Shown here piece after piece: positions 62,763 to 64,000 of a stretch of 64,000 bases of DNA. A program made the translations under genes and the position numbers. Each line of letters opens with the position of its first letter. The first letter of the stretch is position 1. Below the pieces are notes generated by a model. It saw only the letters and a program-made list of their open reading frames with translations, was not told where the DNA came from and did not search any database. The stretch is from Antedon mediterranea (lineage: Eukaryota > Animalia > Echinodermata), in contig NC_092670.1 in assembly GCF_964355755.1 (NCBI RefSeq), positions 16,788,795 through 16,852,794 on the forward strand, written 5' to 3'.

Positions 62763-64000
62763 CAAAATGAGTTAGTGGATTAAGCACTACATTTCATTTT
62801 TTATCCACTACCTGTGTGTGTATAGACAATGTAATAAAAGTCTGTTACTATGGAGTAGCAAAACATAAAGTGGTAAAAATGACAATTGAAAGTGACAATA
62901 GCTTACAAAATAATAATATAATATAGTCTTATTATTATAATAATAAAGAATAGGGTTATAGAGTTGAAGGCTCTGTGCGTCTCACAATAAAAGTACATCC
63001 TATACAGGAATTCTCATTCTATGGGGTTCTTGGTACTAATACTTAAATAGCAATCTGCTTTTAAAACTTGTTTTTAGTTCAGGTATTAAGTACATACTGT
63101 ATAGCACAATGGCAAACCAAGCATTCTACAGGGATATACAGTTTGCATTATAACTTCAAATCCAATAAATATGTCTTCTTATATGTCATATTTGGGGTAT
63201 AGCACATTATGTATTACACAAGCACTAGTAGCCTAGCTGGGATAGTAAGCAAATTGCACTCAAATATGCTGATTATATCTGCACGTTAAAAAAAACACTG
63301 CAATAATGTACGTACAGTAGCATAAATAATAATAATAAAAACTTGTTATAAAATAATATCAGAAACCATAGTTACAATAGCTATATCACACATACAGAAT
63401 ATAGAAAATACAGTGTTCAGTTAAAATCAATTGAAAGAAAAATGAAGATATTGAAGAGTTAAATCAGCCATGTTTAACGGCATTGTGGTATAAGGCCGTC
63501 ATTGATTATTGGTTTGTGTATGCCCTACTAATCTAGACTATGATATCAAATAAATACTGTTAAGAATTAATCACATGTGCTAATACAGAGAATACCGCCT
63601 GACAGTGAAGCCGTCTTATATGTACTTTAAGTGCACAAATTAAGATACAACACATTAATTTGTCCTAGGGTCAAATGAACAGGGACGGATCCAGCATTAT
63701 AGATTAAGGGGGGGCTAAATATTTCATAGATGATAAAAACAATTTGTCGGGTTGCAGAAAATAAAAATAATCATTATCTTATTTTAAAGACATGGCTGTT
63801 TCAGAGGGAGGTGGGGGGGGGGGGGATGTAAAGCTTGTTTACCTCCCTGTCCAAGTCTGTGCCTGATGAACTTCCTTCCCCATTCAAACTAGTGGTTATA
63901 TTCTTCGAAAGGCTTGATCTTTGATTAAATCTAAATTTACCTTATTTAATATACTGTATTACCATTATGAAATCAAATAAAGTCTGATGTTAAGAATGCT

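Noticed and set aside
62238-62770. Overlapping ORFs of up to 162 aa
   Set aside because: Translations of a minisatellite
63128-63140. ATATCCCT on the minus strand as the U12 donor of the first exon
   Set aside because: Imperfect consensus, and adjacent sequence does not encode the Cav3 N-terminal ...NP segment

Overview
AT-rich animal (invertebrate-like) genomic DNA. Most of the window is one intron-rich gene on the minus strand: a T-type voltage-gated calcium channel alpha-1 subunit (Cav3; ortholog group of CACNA1G/H/I). I traced it by hand from the DI-S1 exon (55299) to the stop codon (3567), with consistent splice phases and the Cav3 EEDD selectivity filter (LEGW, QEDW, KDGW, GDNW). The first coding exon appears to lie beyond the right edge. 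The most striking feature is two tandem-duplicated, apparently mutually exclusive exon pairs: one encodes the domain I pore/selectivity filter and start of S6, the other the domain IV S4-S5 linker. An RNA hairpin lies just downstream of one DI exon. There is also a U12-type (AT-AC) acceptor, a probable GC-AG intron, exon 8b-like and 25c-like alternative donors, and candidate microexons in the II-III linker. Introns hold a multi-copy PIF/Harbinger-type MITE, other non-autonomous DNA elements, LINE relics and many minisatellites. Novelty of the splice features could not be checked against databases.
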